Below are positions 1 through 14,014 of a stretch of 64,000 nucleotides of DNA, piece by piece. Below the pieces are notes generated by a model. The model saw only the letters and a program-made list of their open reading frames with translations. It was not told the origin of the DNA and ran no database searches. Source of the DNA: Escherichia coli (lineage in GTDB: Bacteria > Pseudomonadota > Gammaproteobacteria > Enterobacterales > Enterobacteriaceae); assembly GCF_048403405.1 (NCBI RefSeq), contig NZ_CP183129.1. One strand, written 5' to 3'. The position numbers were made by a program, and so were the translations under genes. The number at the start of each line of letters is the position of its first letter. The stretch's first letter is position 1.

Positions 1-120
1 GGCCTGAGCTATGAAGAGATAGCCGCTATCATGGATTGTCCGGTAGGTACGGTGCGTTCACGTATCTTCCGAGCGAGGGAAGCTATTGATAACAAAGTTC
101 AACCGCTTATCAGGCGTTGA
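1..120 (+). CDS. rpoE: RNA polymerase sigma-E factor, C-terminal 39 codons (5'-truncated by window edge)
   Basis: Frame-1 reading frame runs off the 5' edge and ends at TGA 118-120; the tail ...AIMDCPVGTVRSRIFRAREAIDNKVQPLIRR looks like sigma-70-family region 4; rseABC follow immediately. Confidence 0.85.
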   Translation, partial: GLSYEEIAAIMDCPVGTVRSRIFRAREAIDNKVQPLIRR

Positions 121-152
121 CGATAGCGGGATACTGGATAAGGGTATTAGGC

Positions 153-803
153 ATGCAGAAAGAACAACTTTCCGCTTTAATGGATGGCGAAACGCTGGAT
201 AGTGAGCTGCTTAACGAACTGGCTCATAACCCAGAAATGCAGAAAACCTGGGAAAGCTATCACTTAATCCGTGACTCAATGCGGGGTGATACTCCCGAGG
301 TGCTCCATTTCGATATCTCTTCACGCGTGATGGCCGCCATTGAAGAAGAGCCAGTACGTCAACCGGCGACATTGATCCCGGAAGCCCAGCCTGCGCCGCA
401 TCAATGGCAGAAAATGCCATTCTGGCAGAAAGTACGTCCGTGGGCGGCACAGCTTACCCAAATGGGCGTAGCCGCATGCGTATCGCTTGCAGTTATCGTT
501 GGCGTCCAGCACTATAATGGACAATCTGAAACGTCCCAGCAGCCCGAAACGCCGGTATTTAATACACTGCCGATGATGGGTAAAGCCAGCCCGGTAAGCC
601 TGGGAGTACCTTCTGAAGCGACCGCAAACAATGGTCAACAGCAGCAGGTACAGGAGCAGCGTCGTCGCATTAATGCAATGTTGCAGGATTACGAACTGCA
701 ACGCCGACTCCACTCTGAACAGCTTCAGTTTGAGCAGGCGCAAACCCAGCAAGCCGCTGTACAGGTGCCAGGAATTCAAACTTTAGGAACGCAATCGCAG
801 TAA
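153..803 (+). CDS. rseA: anti-sigma-E factor RseA (216 aa)
   Basis: ORF 117..803; the ATG at 153 gives MQKEQLSALMDGETLD...; single central hydrophobic segment; stop overlaps rseB start. Confidence 0.9.
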   Translation: MQKEQLSALMDGETLDSELLNELAHNPEMQKTWESYHLIRDSMRGDTPEVLHFDISSRVMAAIEEEPVRQPATLIPEAQPAPHQWQKMPFWQKVRPWAAQLTQMGVAACVSLAVIVGVQHYNGQSETSQQPETPVFNTLPMMGKASPVSLGVPSEATANNGQQQQVQEQRRRINAMLQDYELQRRLHSEQLQFEQAQTQQAAVQVPGIQTLGTQSQ

Positions 804-1759
804 TGAAGCAACTTTGGTTTGCCATGTCATTAGTGACAGGTAGCCTGTTATTCTCTGCTAACGCCTCGGCCACTCCCGCGTCCGGGGCGTTATTACAGCA
901 GATGAACCTGGCCAGTCAGTCACTGAATTACGAGCTGTCATTCATCAGCATCAATAAACAGGGTGTTGAGTCTCTGCGTTATCGACATGCACGCCTCGAT
1001 AACCGTCCTCTTGCACAATTGTTGCAAATGGATGGCCCGCGCCGGGAAGTGGTACAGCGCGGCAATGAAATCAGCTATTTTGAACCGGGACTTGAACCGT
1101 TCACGCTTAATGGCGATTACATTGTTGATTCTCTACCATCGCTCATCTATACCGATTTCAAACGCCTTTCTCCTTACTACGACTTTATCTCCGTCGGGCG
1201 CACGCGTATTGCTGATCGTCTTTGCGAAGTCATTCGTGTGGTTGCCCGAGATGGTACACGCTACAGCTACATCGTGTGGATGGACACCGAATCGAAATTA
1301 CCGATGCGGGTTGATCTCCTTGATCGCGATGGTGAAACGCTGGAACAATTTCGCGTGATTGCTTTTAATGTCAATCAGGATATCAGCAGCAGTATGCAGA
1401 CGTTGGCGAAGGCAAATTTGCCGCCGTTGCTTTCTGTTCCTGTAGGTGAAAAAGCTAAATTCAGCTGGACGCCAACCTGGTTGCCACAGGGTTTTAGCGA
1501 AGTTTCCAGTAGTCGACGTCCGCTACCGACGATGGACAACATGCCTATCGAATCACGTCTCTATTCCGACGGATTATTCAGCTTTTCGGTAAACGTTAAC
1601 CGCGCTACGCCATCGAGCACCGATCAGATGTTGCGCACCGGACGCAGAACCGTCAGTACAAGCGTACGTGATAACGCCGAAATCACCATTGTCGGTGAAC
1701 TGCCGCCGCAAACGGCGAAACGCATTGCCGAGAATATTAAGTTCGGGGCAGCGCAATGA
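803..1759 (+). CDS. rseB: sigma-E regulatory protein RseB (318 aa, periplasmic, signal peptide)
   Basis: ORF 803..1759 with N-terminal signal sequence MKQLWFAMSLVTGSLLFSANASA; operon position after rseA. Confidence 0.9.
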   Translation: MKQLWFAMSLVTGSLLFSANASATPASGALLQQMNLASQSLNYELSFISINKQGVESLRYRHARLDNRPLAQLLQMDGPRREVVQRGNEISYFEPGLEPFTLNGDYIVDSLPSLIYTDFKRLSPYYDFISVGRTRIADRLCEVIRVVARDGTRYSYIVWMDTESKLPMRVDLLDRDGETLEQFRVIAFNVNQDISSSMQTLAKANLPPLLSVPVGEKAKFSWTPTWLPQGFSEVSSSRRPLPTMDNMPIESRLYSDGLFSFSVNVNRATPSSTDQMLRTGRRTVSTSVRDNAEITIVGELPPQTAKRIAENIKFGAAQ

Positions 1760-2235
1760 TCAAAGAGTGGGCTACCGTCATCTCCTGGGAAAACGGGCAG
1801 GCGCTGGTTAGTTGTGATGTTAAAGCCTCATGCAGCAGCTGCGCTTCACGCGCCGGTTGCGGTAGCCGCGTGTTGAATAAACTTGGCCCGCAAACCACGC
1901 ATACCATTGTCGTACCCTGTGATGAGCCGTTAGTGCCGGGGCAAAAAGTAGAATTAGGAATCGCCGAAGGCAGCCTGCTTAGCTCCGCATTACTGGTTTA
2001 TATGTCGCCGTTGATGGGACTATTCCTCATCGCTTCACTATTTCAGCTACTCTTTGCTTCAGATATTGCAGCATTATGCGGTGCGATTCTCGGTGGCGTT
2101 GGTGGATTCCTGATTGCACGTGGCTGCTCTCGAAAGTTTGCTGCCCGGTCTGAATGGCAACCGATCATCTTAAGCGTGGCCTTGCCGCCTGGCCTTGTGC
2201 GATTTGAAACATCTTCGGAAGACGCGAGCCAGTGA
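1756..2235 (+). CDS. rseC: RseC/SoxR-reducing system membrane protein (159 aa)
   Basis: ORF 1756..2235 overlapping rseB stop (ATGA); Cys cluster CSSCASRAGC and two hydrophobic segments. Confidence 0.85.
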   Translation: MIKEWATVISWENGQALVSCDVKASCSSCASRAGCGSRVLNKLGPQTTHTIVVPCDEPLVPGQKVELGIAEGSLLSSALLVYMSPLMGLFLIASLFQLLFASDIAALCGAILGGVGGFLIARGCSRKFAARSEWQPIILSVALPPGLVRFETSSEDASQ

Positions 2236-2432
2236 TTTCACTGGCTTTGTTGCATTTTGCATAACAAATGCGAGGACGTTTCCAGATACCACAATCCATA
2301 CGGTATGAACATTTCCTCGCCTCAATGTTGTAGTGTAGAATGCGGCGTTTCTATTAATACAGACGTTAAGCTCAGAACAGCGACTTCTAAAAGCCTGGTT
2401 AACCGGGCATTAAGGCACAATAATCATACTTT

Positions 2433-4232
2433 ATGAAGAATATACGTAACTTTTCGATCATAGCTCACATTGACCACGGTAAATCGACGCTGTCTGACCG
2501 TATTATCCAGATCTGCGGTGGCCTGTCTGACCGTGAAATGGAGGCGCAGGTTCTCGATTCCATGGATCTTGAGCGTGAGCGTGGCATTACCATCAAAGCG
2601 CAAAGCGTGACGCTGGACTACAAAGCGTCTGACGGCGAAACCTATCAGCTTAACTTTATCGACACCCCGGGCCACGTTGACTTCTCTTATGAAGTTTCTC
2701 GTTCGCTGGCTGCCTGTGAAGGTGCATTGCTGGTGGTCGACGCCGGGCAGGGCGTAGAAGCGCAAACCCTGGCAAACTGCTACACCGCCATGGAAATGGA
2801 TCTCGAAGTGGTGCCGGTACTGAACAAGATTGACCTGCCGGCAGCCGATCCTGAACGCGTGGCGGAAGAAATTGAAGATATTGTCGGCATCGACGCCACC
2901 GACGCGGTGCGCTGTTCAGCGAAAACCGGCGTTGGCGTACAGGACGTTCTCGAACGTCTGGTGCGCGACATTCCGCCGCCGGAAGGCGATCCGGAAGGCC
3001 CGTTGCAGGCACTCATTATCGACTCCTGGTTCGACAACTACCTGGGCGTTGTTTCACTTATCCGTATTAAAAACGGCACCCTGCGTAAGGGCGACAAAGT
3101 GAAAGTCATGAGTACCGGGCAGACCTATAACGCCGACCGTCTGGGCATCTTCACGCCAAAACAGGTTGACCGTACTGAACTGAAATGCGGCGAAGTAGGC
3201 TGGCTGGTATGTGCGATTAAAGATATCCACGGCGCTCCAGTAGGCGATACCTTAACGCTGGCGCGTAATCCGGCAGAAAAGGCGCTGCCTGGCTTTAAGA
3301 AAGTCAAACCGCAGGTATACGCCGGTCTGTTCCCGGTAAGTTCCGACGACTATGAAGCCTTCCGTGATGCGCTGGGTAAACTCAGCCTGAACGATGCCTC
3401 ACTGTTCTATGAGCCGGAAAGCTCAAGCGCGCTGGGCTTTGGTTTCCGCTGCGGCTTCCTCGGTCTGCTGCACATGGAGATCATCCAGGAACGTCTGGAA
3501 CGTGAATACGATCTGGATCTGATTACCACTGCGCCGACCGTAGTGTATGAAGTTGAAACCACGTCAAGAGAAGTTATCTACGTCGACAGCCCATCCAAGC
3601 TGCCAGCGGTAAATAACATCTACGAACTGCGCGAGCCGATTGCAGAATGTCACATGCTGCTGCCGCAGGCATATCTCGGCAACGTTATTACGCTGTGCGT
3701 AGAAAAACGCGGCGTGCAGACCAATATGGTTTACCACGGTAATCAGGTGGCGCTGACGTACGAGATCCCGATGGCGGAAGTGGTGCTCGATTTCTTCGAT
3801 CGCCTGAAATCTACCTCGCGTGGTTATGCGTCTCTGGATTACAACTTCAAACGCTTCCAGGCGTCCGACATGGTACGTGTAGACGTATTAATCAACGGTG
3901 AACGTGTTGATGCGCTGGCGTTGATCACCCACCGTGATAATTCGCAAAACCGCGGTCGCGAGCTGGTGGAGAAGATGAAAGATCTAATCCCACGCCAGCA
4001 GTTTGATATCGCTATTCAGGCAGCGATTGGTACGCACATCATTGCGCGCTCCACCGTGAAACAGCTGCGTAAAAACGTACTGGCTAAATGTTATGGCGGC
4101 GATATCAGCCGTAAGAAAAAGCTGCTGCAGAAGCAGAAAGAAGGTAAGAAACGCATGAAGCAGATCGGTAACGTCGAGCTGCCGCAGGAAGCGTTCCTCG
4201 CCATTCTGCACGTCGGCAAAGACAACAAATAA
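2433..4232 (+). CDS. lepA: translation elongation factor 4 (LepA), 599 aa
   Basis: GTPase motifs [17 protein letters not shown] and NKID at the N-terminus; length and context upstream of lepB. Confidence 0.95.
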
Positions 4233-4247
4233 CCCTTAGGAGTTGGC

Positions 4248-5222
4248 ATGGCGAATATGTTTGCCCTGATTCTGGTGATTGCCACACTAGTGACGGGCAT
4301 TTTATGGTGCGTGGATAAATTCTTTTTCGCACCTAAACGGCGGGAACGTCAGGCAGCGGCGCAGGCGGCTGCCGGTGACTCACTGGATAAAGCAACACTG
4401 AAAAAGGTTGCGCCGAAGCCTGGCTGGCTGGAAACCGGTGCTTCTGTTTTTCCGGTGCTGGCTATCGTATTGATTGTGCGTTCGTTTATTTATGAACCGT
4501 TCCAGATCCCGTCAGGTTCGATGATGCCGACTCTGTTAATCGGTGATTTTATTCTGGTAGAGAAGTTTGCTTATGGCATTAAAGATCCTATCTACCAGAA
4601 AACGCTGATCGAAACCGGTCATCCGAAACGCGGCGATATCGTGGTCTTTAAATATCCGGAAGATCCAAAGCTTGATTACATCAAGCGCGCGGTGGGTTTA
4701 CCGGGCGATAAAGTCACTTACGATCCGGTCTCAAAAGAGCTGACGATTCAACCGGGATGCAGTTCCGGCCAGGCGTGTGAAAACGCGCTGCCGGTCACCT
4801 ACTCAAACGTGGAACCGAGCGATTTCGTTCAGACCTTCTCACGCCGTAATGGTGGGGAAGCGACCAGCGGATTCTTTGAAGTGCCGAAAAACGAAACCAA
4901 AGAAAATGGAATTCGTCTTTCCGAGCGTAAAGAGACACTGGGTGATGTGACGCACCGCATTCTGACAGTGCCGATTGCGCAGGATCAGGTGGGGATGTAT
5001 TACCAGCAGCCAGGGCAACAACTGGCAACCTGGATTGTTCCTCCGGGACAATACTTCATGATGGGTGACAACCGCGACAACAGCGCGGACAGCCGTTACT
5101 GGGGCTTTGTGCCGGAAGCGAATCTGGTCGGTCGGGCAACGGCTATCTGGATGAGCTTCGATAAGCAAGAAGGCGAATGGCCGACAGGTGTGCGCTTAAG
5201 TCGCATTGGCGGCATCCATTAA
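4248..5222 (+). CDS. lepB: signal peptidase I (324 aa)
   Basis: ORF 4248..5222; two N-terminal transmembrane segments; catalytic-Ser box SGSMMPTL; C-terminal GDNRDNSADSRYWGFV box. Confidence 0.95.
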   Translation: MANMFALILVIATLVTGILWCVDKFFFAPKRRERQAAAQAAAGDSLDKATLKKVAPKPGWLETGASVFPVLAIVLIVRSFIYEPFQIPSGSMMPTLLIGDFILVEKFAYGIKDPIYQKTLIETGHPKRGDIVVFKYPEDPKLDYIKRAVGLPGDKVTYDPVSKELTIQPGCSSGQACENALPVTYSNVEPSDFVQTFSRRNGGEATSGFFEVPKNETKENGIRLSERKETLGDVTHRILTVPIAQDQVGMYYQQPGQQLATWIVPPGQYFMMGDNRDNSADSRYWGFVPEANLVGRATAIWMSFDKQEGEWPTGVRLSRIGGIH

Positions 5223-5234
5223 TAGCCCATCTTC

Positions 5235-5276
5235 ATTCACGTTGTCGCCGTTATGGCGACAACGTGAATTATTTAT
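5235..5276 (+). terminator. intrinsic terminator downstream of lepB
   Basis: 15-bp inverted repeat attcacgttgtcgcc / ggcgacaacgtgaat (5235-5249 / 5255-5269) followed by an AT-rich tract. Confidence 0.5.
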
Positions 5277-5367
5277 GAGATAAATCTCCCGTGGCTAACG
5301 ACATCCCCCGTCGTTGTGTATAGAATATTCCCCCGAAGTTTAAGGTTGGCACCTCCAGGTTGCCACG

Positions 5368-5461
5368 GCACACGAAACAGCGTTGGTCCCCATATACCGG
5401 TAAACTGAAACTGCAGCGAAGCAGTTAGCAGAACCATGTATATCAGGTCTGTTTCGTGTGC
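5368..5461 (+). promoter_or_regulatory. rnc leader long-range stem (candidate RNase III autoregulatory processing hairpin)
   Basis: Perfect 13-bp inverted repeat gcacacgaaacag (5368-5380) / ctgtttcgtgtgc (5449-5461) in the 5' UTR ending about 35 nt upstream of the rnc ATG. Confidence 0.45.
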
Positions 5462-5464
5462 TGA

Positions 5465-7077
<1,613 letters not shown>

Positions 7078-7088
7078 GAGTAACTCCG

Positions 7089-7817
7089 ATGGAAGGCTGG
7101 CAGCGCGCATTTGTCCTGCATAGTCGCCCGTGGAGCGAAACCAGCCTGATGCTGGACGTCTTCACGGAGGAATCGGGTCGCGTGCGTCTGGTTGCCAAAG
7201 GCGCACGCTCTAAACGCTCTACTCTGAAAGGTGCATTACAGCCTTTCACCCCTCTCTTGCTACGTTTCGGCGGGCGTGGCGAAGTCAAAACGCTGCGCAG
7301 TGCTGAAGCCGTCTCGCTGGCGCTGCCATTAAGCGGTATCACGCTTTACAGCGGTCTGTACATCAACGAACTTCTCTCCCGCGTACTGGAATACGAGACG
7401 CGCTTCTCTGAACTCTTTTTCGATTACTTGCACTGCATTCAGTCTCTTGCAGGTGCCACTGGTACGCCAGAACCCGCGCTGCGCCGCTTTGAACTGGCAC
7501 TGCTCGGGCATCTGGGCTATGGCGTCAATTTTACCCATTGTGCGGGTAGCGGCGAGCCGGTAGATGACACCATGACGTATCGTTATCGCGAAGAAAAAGG
7601 GTTTATCGCAAGCGTCGTTATCGACAATAAAACGTTCACCGGAAGGCAGTTAAAAGCGTTAAACGCGCGGGAATTTCCTGACGCAGACACACTGCGCGCC
7701 GCGAAACGCTTTACCCGCATGGCGCTTAAGCCGTATCTTGGCGGTAAACCATTAAAGAGCAGGGAACTGTTCCGGCAGTTTATGCCTAAGCGAACGGTGA
7801 AAACACATTATGAATGA
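7089..7817 (+). CDS. recO: DNA repair protein RecO (242 aa)
   Basis: ORF 7089..7817; conserved position between era and pdxJ. Confidence 0.9.
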
Positions 7818-7828
7818 TGAGGATTGTC

Positions 7829-8560
7829 ATGGCTGAATTACTGTTAGGCGTCAACATTGACCATATTGCAACGCTGCGTAACGCACGCGGTACTGCTTAC
7901 CCGGATCCGGTGCAGGCGGCGTTTATTGCTGAGCAGGCGGGAGCGGACGGCATTACCGTGCATTTACGTGAAGATCGCCGCCACATTACTGACCGTGATG
8001 TGCGCATCCTGCGTCAGACGCTGGATACCCGCATGAATCTGGAGATGGCGGTGACCGAAGAGATGCTGGCGATCGCCGTTGAGACGAAGCCACATTTTTG
8101 CTGTCTGGTACCGGAAAAGCGTCAGGAAGTAACAACCGAAGGCGGCCTGGACGTCGCAGGGCAGCGTGACAAAATGCGCGATGCCTGTAAACGTCTGGCG
8201 GAGGCCGGGATCCAGGTTTCTCTGTTTATCGACGCCGATGAAGGGCAGATCAAAGCTGCGGCAGAGGTTGGCGCACCGTTTATCGAGATCCACACCGGTT
8301 GCTATGCTGATGCCAAAACTGACGCCGAACAGGCGCAAGAGCTGGCGCGTATCGCCAAAGCCGCGACCTTTGCCGCTAGTCTCGGTCTGAAAGTTAACGC
8401 TGGTCACGGTCTGACCTATCACAACGTGAAAGCTATTGCCGCCATCCCTGAGATGCATGAACTGAATATCGGTCATGCCATTATTGGTCGTGCAGTGATG
8501 ACCGGACTGAAAGATGCGGTGGCAGAAATGAAGCGTTTGATGCTGGAAGCGCGTGGCTAA
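7829..8560 (+). CDS. pdxJ: pyridoxine 5'-phosphate synthase PdxJ (243 aa)
   Basis: ORF 7814..8560; the ATG at 7829 gives [21 protein letters not shown]... Confidence 0.9.
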   Translation: MAELLLGVNIDHIATLRNARGTAYPDPVQAAFIAEQAGADGITVHLREDRRHITDRDVRILRQTLDTRMNLEMAVTEEMLAIAVETKPHFCCLVPEKRQEVTTEGGLDVAGQRDKMRDACKRLAEAGIQVSLFIDADEGQIKAAAEVGAPFIEIHTGCYADAKTDAEQAQELARIAKAATFAASLGLKVNAGHGLTYHNVKAIAAIPEMHELNIGHAIIGRAVMTGLKDAVAEMKRLMLEARG

Positions 8561-8940
8561 TGGCAATATTAGGTTTAGGTACGGATATTGTGGAGATCGC
8601 TCGCATTGAAGCGGTGATCACCCGATCCGGTGAGCGCCTGGCACGCCGCGTATTAAGCGATAACGAATGGGAAATTTGGAAAACGCACCACCAGCCGGTG
8701 CGTTTTCTGGCGAAACGCTTTGCCGTAAAAGAAGCCGCAGCAAAAGCGTTTGGCACCGGGATCCGCAATGGTCTGGCGTTTAATCAGTTTGAAGTATTTA
8801 ACGATGAGCTTGGTAAGCCACGGCTGCGACTGTGGGGCGAGGCATTAAAACTGGCGGAAAAGCTCGGCGTTGTAAATATGCATGTAACGCTGGCAGATGA
8901 ACGCCACTATGCTTGCGCCACGGTAATTATTGAAAGTTAA
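8560..8940 (+). CDS. acpS: holo-[acyl-carrier-protein] synthase (126 aa)
   Basis: ORF 8560..8940 overlapping the pdxJ stop; [16 protein letters not shown]... 4'-phosphopantetheinyl transferase fold. Confidence 0.9.
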   Translation: MAILGLGTDIVEIARIEAVITRSGERLARRVLSDNEWEIWKTHHQPVRFLAKRFAVKEAAAKAFGTGIRNGLAFNQFEVFNDELGKPRLRLWGEALKLAEKLGVVNMHVTLADERHYACATVIIES

Positions 8941-8959
8941 AATAATACCGTTCTCTTTA

Positions 8960-9038
8960 AAAAGTAAAACCCCCGAACTGGTAAGGAACAGGGGGTTTAC
9001 TTTACAACTTTAATTTTGTGCAGCACGCACCCTCAACA
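8960..9038 (-). ncRNA. ohsC: OhsC-like antitoxin sRNA (approximate boundaries)
   Basis: Minus strand: -10-like CATAAT (9050..9045), then hairpin 8998..8966 with a U-tract; contains the reverse complement of 9018-9039, which matches the shoB 5' UTR. Confidence 0.5.
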
Positions 9039-9359
9039 AGAGCGATTATGGATCAGGGCGGTTATCTTTTACAAGCAACTTGCAATCTTTAGCATAAAAA
9101 CTCGAGCCTTTACGAAGAAAACAATATTGATGGAAAGATTAACGTGACCGCCAATTCGGAAGTACATTAAAATTGGCTTCGTTATTGGCGATTTTGCTGT
9201 GCTTTATACCATGCCACAGAATTCCCCCATTGAAACGAGTGGTGTCGTCAAAGCTCTGGTGTGGAGTGCAGCATGCACCCTCAATAACTCGCACGTTCAG
9301 TTTTGGGGAGATGTAAGGGCTAATCTGAACGGCTGCATTCCTTGTTTAAGGAAAAACGA

Positions 9360-9440
9360 ATGACTGATTGCCGATACCTTATTAAACGGGTCATCAAAAT
9401 CATCATTGCTGTTTTACAGCTGATCCTTCTGTTCTTATAA
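9360..9440 (+). CDS. shoB: small hydrophobic type I toxin ShoB (26 aa)
   Basis: ATG 9360 preceded by AAGGAAAAACGA; encodes MTDCRYLIKRVIKIIIAVLQLILLFL; too short for the ORF track; lies in the acpS-yfhL spacer. Confidence 0.7.
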   Translation: MTDCRYLIKRVIKIIIAVLQLILLFL

Positions 9441-9457
9441 CATAAGGAAACGTACTT

Positions 9458-9496
9458 AAGGCGCGTCAGGTTAACCAGCCAGGCGCGCCTTTAATA
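9458..9496 (+). terminator. intrinsic terminator downstream of shoB
   Basis: Inverted repeat aaggcgcg...cgcgcctt followed by an AT/T-rich tract. Confidence 0.4.
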
Positions 9497-9634
9497 ATTA
9501 TAAATAAGTGCTTATACAGATAGTGTTATCATTCATGAAATAATTGATATTTATGATCACATCACGAAAATAAATATAAGAACCTGAAGGCTCACACTAT
9601 AAAGTCAACAATAGTCTACTCCAGGAGCAGAATA

Positions 9635-9931
<297 letters not shown>

Positions 9932-9950
9932 TTATACGCGCATTCTTTAC

Positions 9951-10799
9951 TCAGACCAGTTTTTTCACCAGCGCTTCACTGTGACGAATACGTTCTGGAG
10001 CCAGTTCCAGATCCTGCTGAATCAGCGCAATGAACAGCAAATCCGTTAACATTCCCTGCGCGTGACAAGCAGAGATTGAAGCACTGTTTGTCGCTTGTTC
10101 TTCGGCAATGGTATACAGGCAATGAGAAGCACGCTGTTGCAGGGCATTCGGAGTAAAGCCGGTAATCGCCAGCACTTTTCCGCCCACTCGCAGCATCTCA
10201 TCTGCCGCCAGGTTTAACTCGCGTCGTACACCGGTGTAAGAAATGGCTAATAACAGATCGTCAGGGGACGACGCCTGTACGGTAGCGAGTAGCGCATGCA
10301 TATCGCGCACTGCGGCAGCATTGAAGCCAATCTTCATCAGCTTCCAGGCAAAGTTTTGCGCCACCAGACCCGAAGCGCCAATACCGGTCAGAATTATCCG
10401 CCGCGCAGAGCGCAACATTGTTACGCATTCATGCAGTTTCTCTTCACTATTAACGTTTAGCGTTGCGTACATAGCGGCAGTATTTTCTTTAATCAGTTTT
10501 TCGCCGACCAGCCGTAACGGATCATCACCGCGGATTTGGTTATGAATGGGCACGGAGGGCGATTCCGGCTGGCTTGCCAGCGCTTCACTCAACGCCAACT
10601 TAAGCGCCGGAAAACCTTTATAGCCGAGTTTTTGCGCGAACTTCACGACGCTGGACTGACTGACTCCGGCTTCGTTGGCCAGTTGCTGAGAGCTTAAATG
10701 GCGCGCCGTATCAGGTTGTAGCAGCAGATAATCCGCCAGTTTTTTATCACTCTGGGCAAGCCCCTGGTAACGCTGACGGATACGAAGTAAGCCGTTCAT
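9951..10799 (-). CDS. yfhH: RpiR/MurR-family transcriptional regulator, HTH + SIS domain (282 aa)
   Basis: ORF 9951..10871; internal ATG giving MNGLLRIRQRYQGL...; N-terminal HTH, C-terminal sugar-isomerase-like domain. Confidence 0.8.
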   Translation of the reverse strand: MNGLLRIRQRYQGLAQSDKKLADYLLLQPDTARHLSSQQLANEAGVSQSSVVKFAQKLGYKGFPALKLALSEALASQPESPSVPIHNQIRGDDPLRLVGEKLIKENTAAMYATLNVNSEEKLHECVTMLRSARRIILTGIGASGLVAQNFAWKLMKIGFNAAAVRDMHALLATVQASSPDDLLLAISYTGVRRELNLAADEMLRVGGKVLAITGFTPNALQQRASHCLYTIAEEQATNSASISACHAQGMLTDLLFIALIQQDLELAPERIRHSEALVKKLV

Positions 10800-11007
10800 A
10801 TCTTTCCTCGCGATGAAATAGTGGCGACAACAGGCAATATGAGACAAACGCGAGTGAATTTTATATTCCATTGCCGCTAATTTCCATGAATTAAAAATTC
10901 CAGTTAGCCATGATGCGGTCGATTGTTGCCGGAAAAGTGATGATCTATCTGTTAGGCTATGTAGTAGCGAAAATTAATCAGGATGTTTCAGTCCAGAGGA
11001 GTATGGT

Positions 11008-11643
11008 TTGGCAACTCACGAGCGTCGTGTGGTGTTTTTTGACTTAGATGGAACATTGCATCAGCAGGATATGTTCGGCAGTTTTTTGCGTTATTTACTG
11101 CGGCGCCAACCGCTGAATGCGTTGCTTGTCCTGCCGTTGTTGCCGATCATAGCCATTGCGTTATTGATAAAAGGCCGTGCGGCACGCTGGCCGATGAGTC
11201 TGCTTCTGTGGGGATGCACTTTTGGTCACAATGAAGCGCGTTTGCAGGCGTTGCAGGCCGATTTCGTACGCTGGTTTCGTGACAATGTTACCGCCTTTCC
11301 GCTGGTTCAGGAGCGATTAACCACCTACCTGTTAAGTTCCGATGCTGATATCTGGTTGATTACCGGCTCTCCGCAGCCGCTGGTTGAAGCGGTTTATTTC
11401 GATACGCCCTGGCTGCCGCGGGTTAATCTTATCGCCAGTCAGATTCAGCGTGGCTATGGTGGTTGGGTATTGACGATGCGTTGCCTCGGGCATGAGAAGG
11501 TCGCGCAACTGGAGCGTAAAATCGGCACGCCACTGCGGTTGTACAGTGGCTATAGCGACAGTAATCAGGACAACCCGCTGCTTTATTTCTGTCAGCATCG
11601 TTGGCGAGTAACCCCGCGCGGTGAACTCCAGCAACTGGAATAG
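11008..11643 (+). CDS. pgpC: phosphatidylglycerophosphatase C, HAD-like (211 aa)
   Basis: HAD motif I FFDLDGTL near the N-terminus followed by hydrophobic segments. Confidence 0.85.
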   Translation: MATHERRVVFFDLDGTLHQQDMFGSFLRYLLRRQPLNALLVLPLLPIIAIALLIKGRAARWPMSLLLWGCTFGHNEARLQALQADFVRWFRDNVTAFPLVQERLTTYLLSSDADIWLITGSPQPLVEAVYFDTPWLPRVNLIASQIQRGYGGWVLTMRCLGHEKVAQLERKIGTPLRLYSGYSDSNQDNPLLYFCQHRWRVTPRGELQQLE

Positions 11644-11655
11644 AGTAAAGCATAG

Positions 11656-13757
<2,102 letters not shown>

Positions 13758-13922
13758 TTAGTTAATTCTCTGTGTCGTGCGCGTCCCAGCTTGAAAAAAC
13801 GTAATAATAGTGAAAGGTTTACTCATAAATGAGCGGCATTTTGCGTAAACCTGCGCCAGTTGGCAACTTATTACAGCCATTGGCGGCACGCGTTGCTAAT
13901 TCGCGATGGTGATTTTATTTCC

Positions 13923-13938
13923 ACGCAAACGGTTTCGT
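13923..13938 (+). promoter_or_regulatory. PurR operator (pur box) in the purL control region
   Basis: ACGCAAACGGTTTCGT matches the 16-bp pur box palindrome, about 80 bp upstream of the purL ATG. Confidence 0.5.
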
Positions 13939-14014
13939 CAGCGCATCAGATTCTTTATAATGACGCCCGTTTCCCCCCCTTGGGTACACCGAAAGCTTAG
14001 AAGACGAGAGACTT

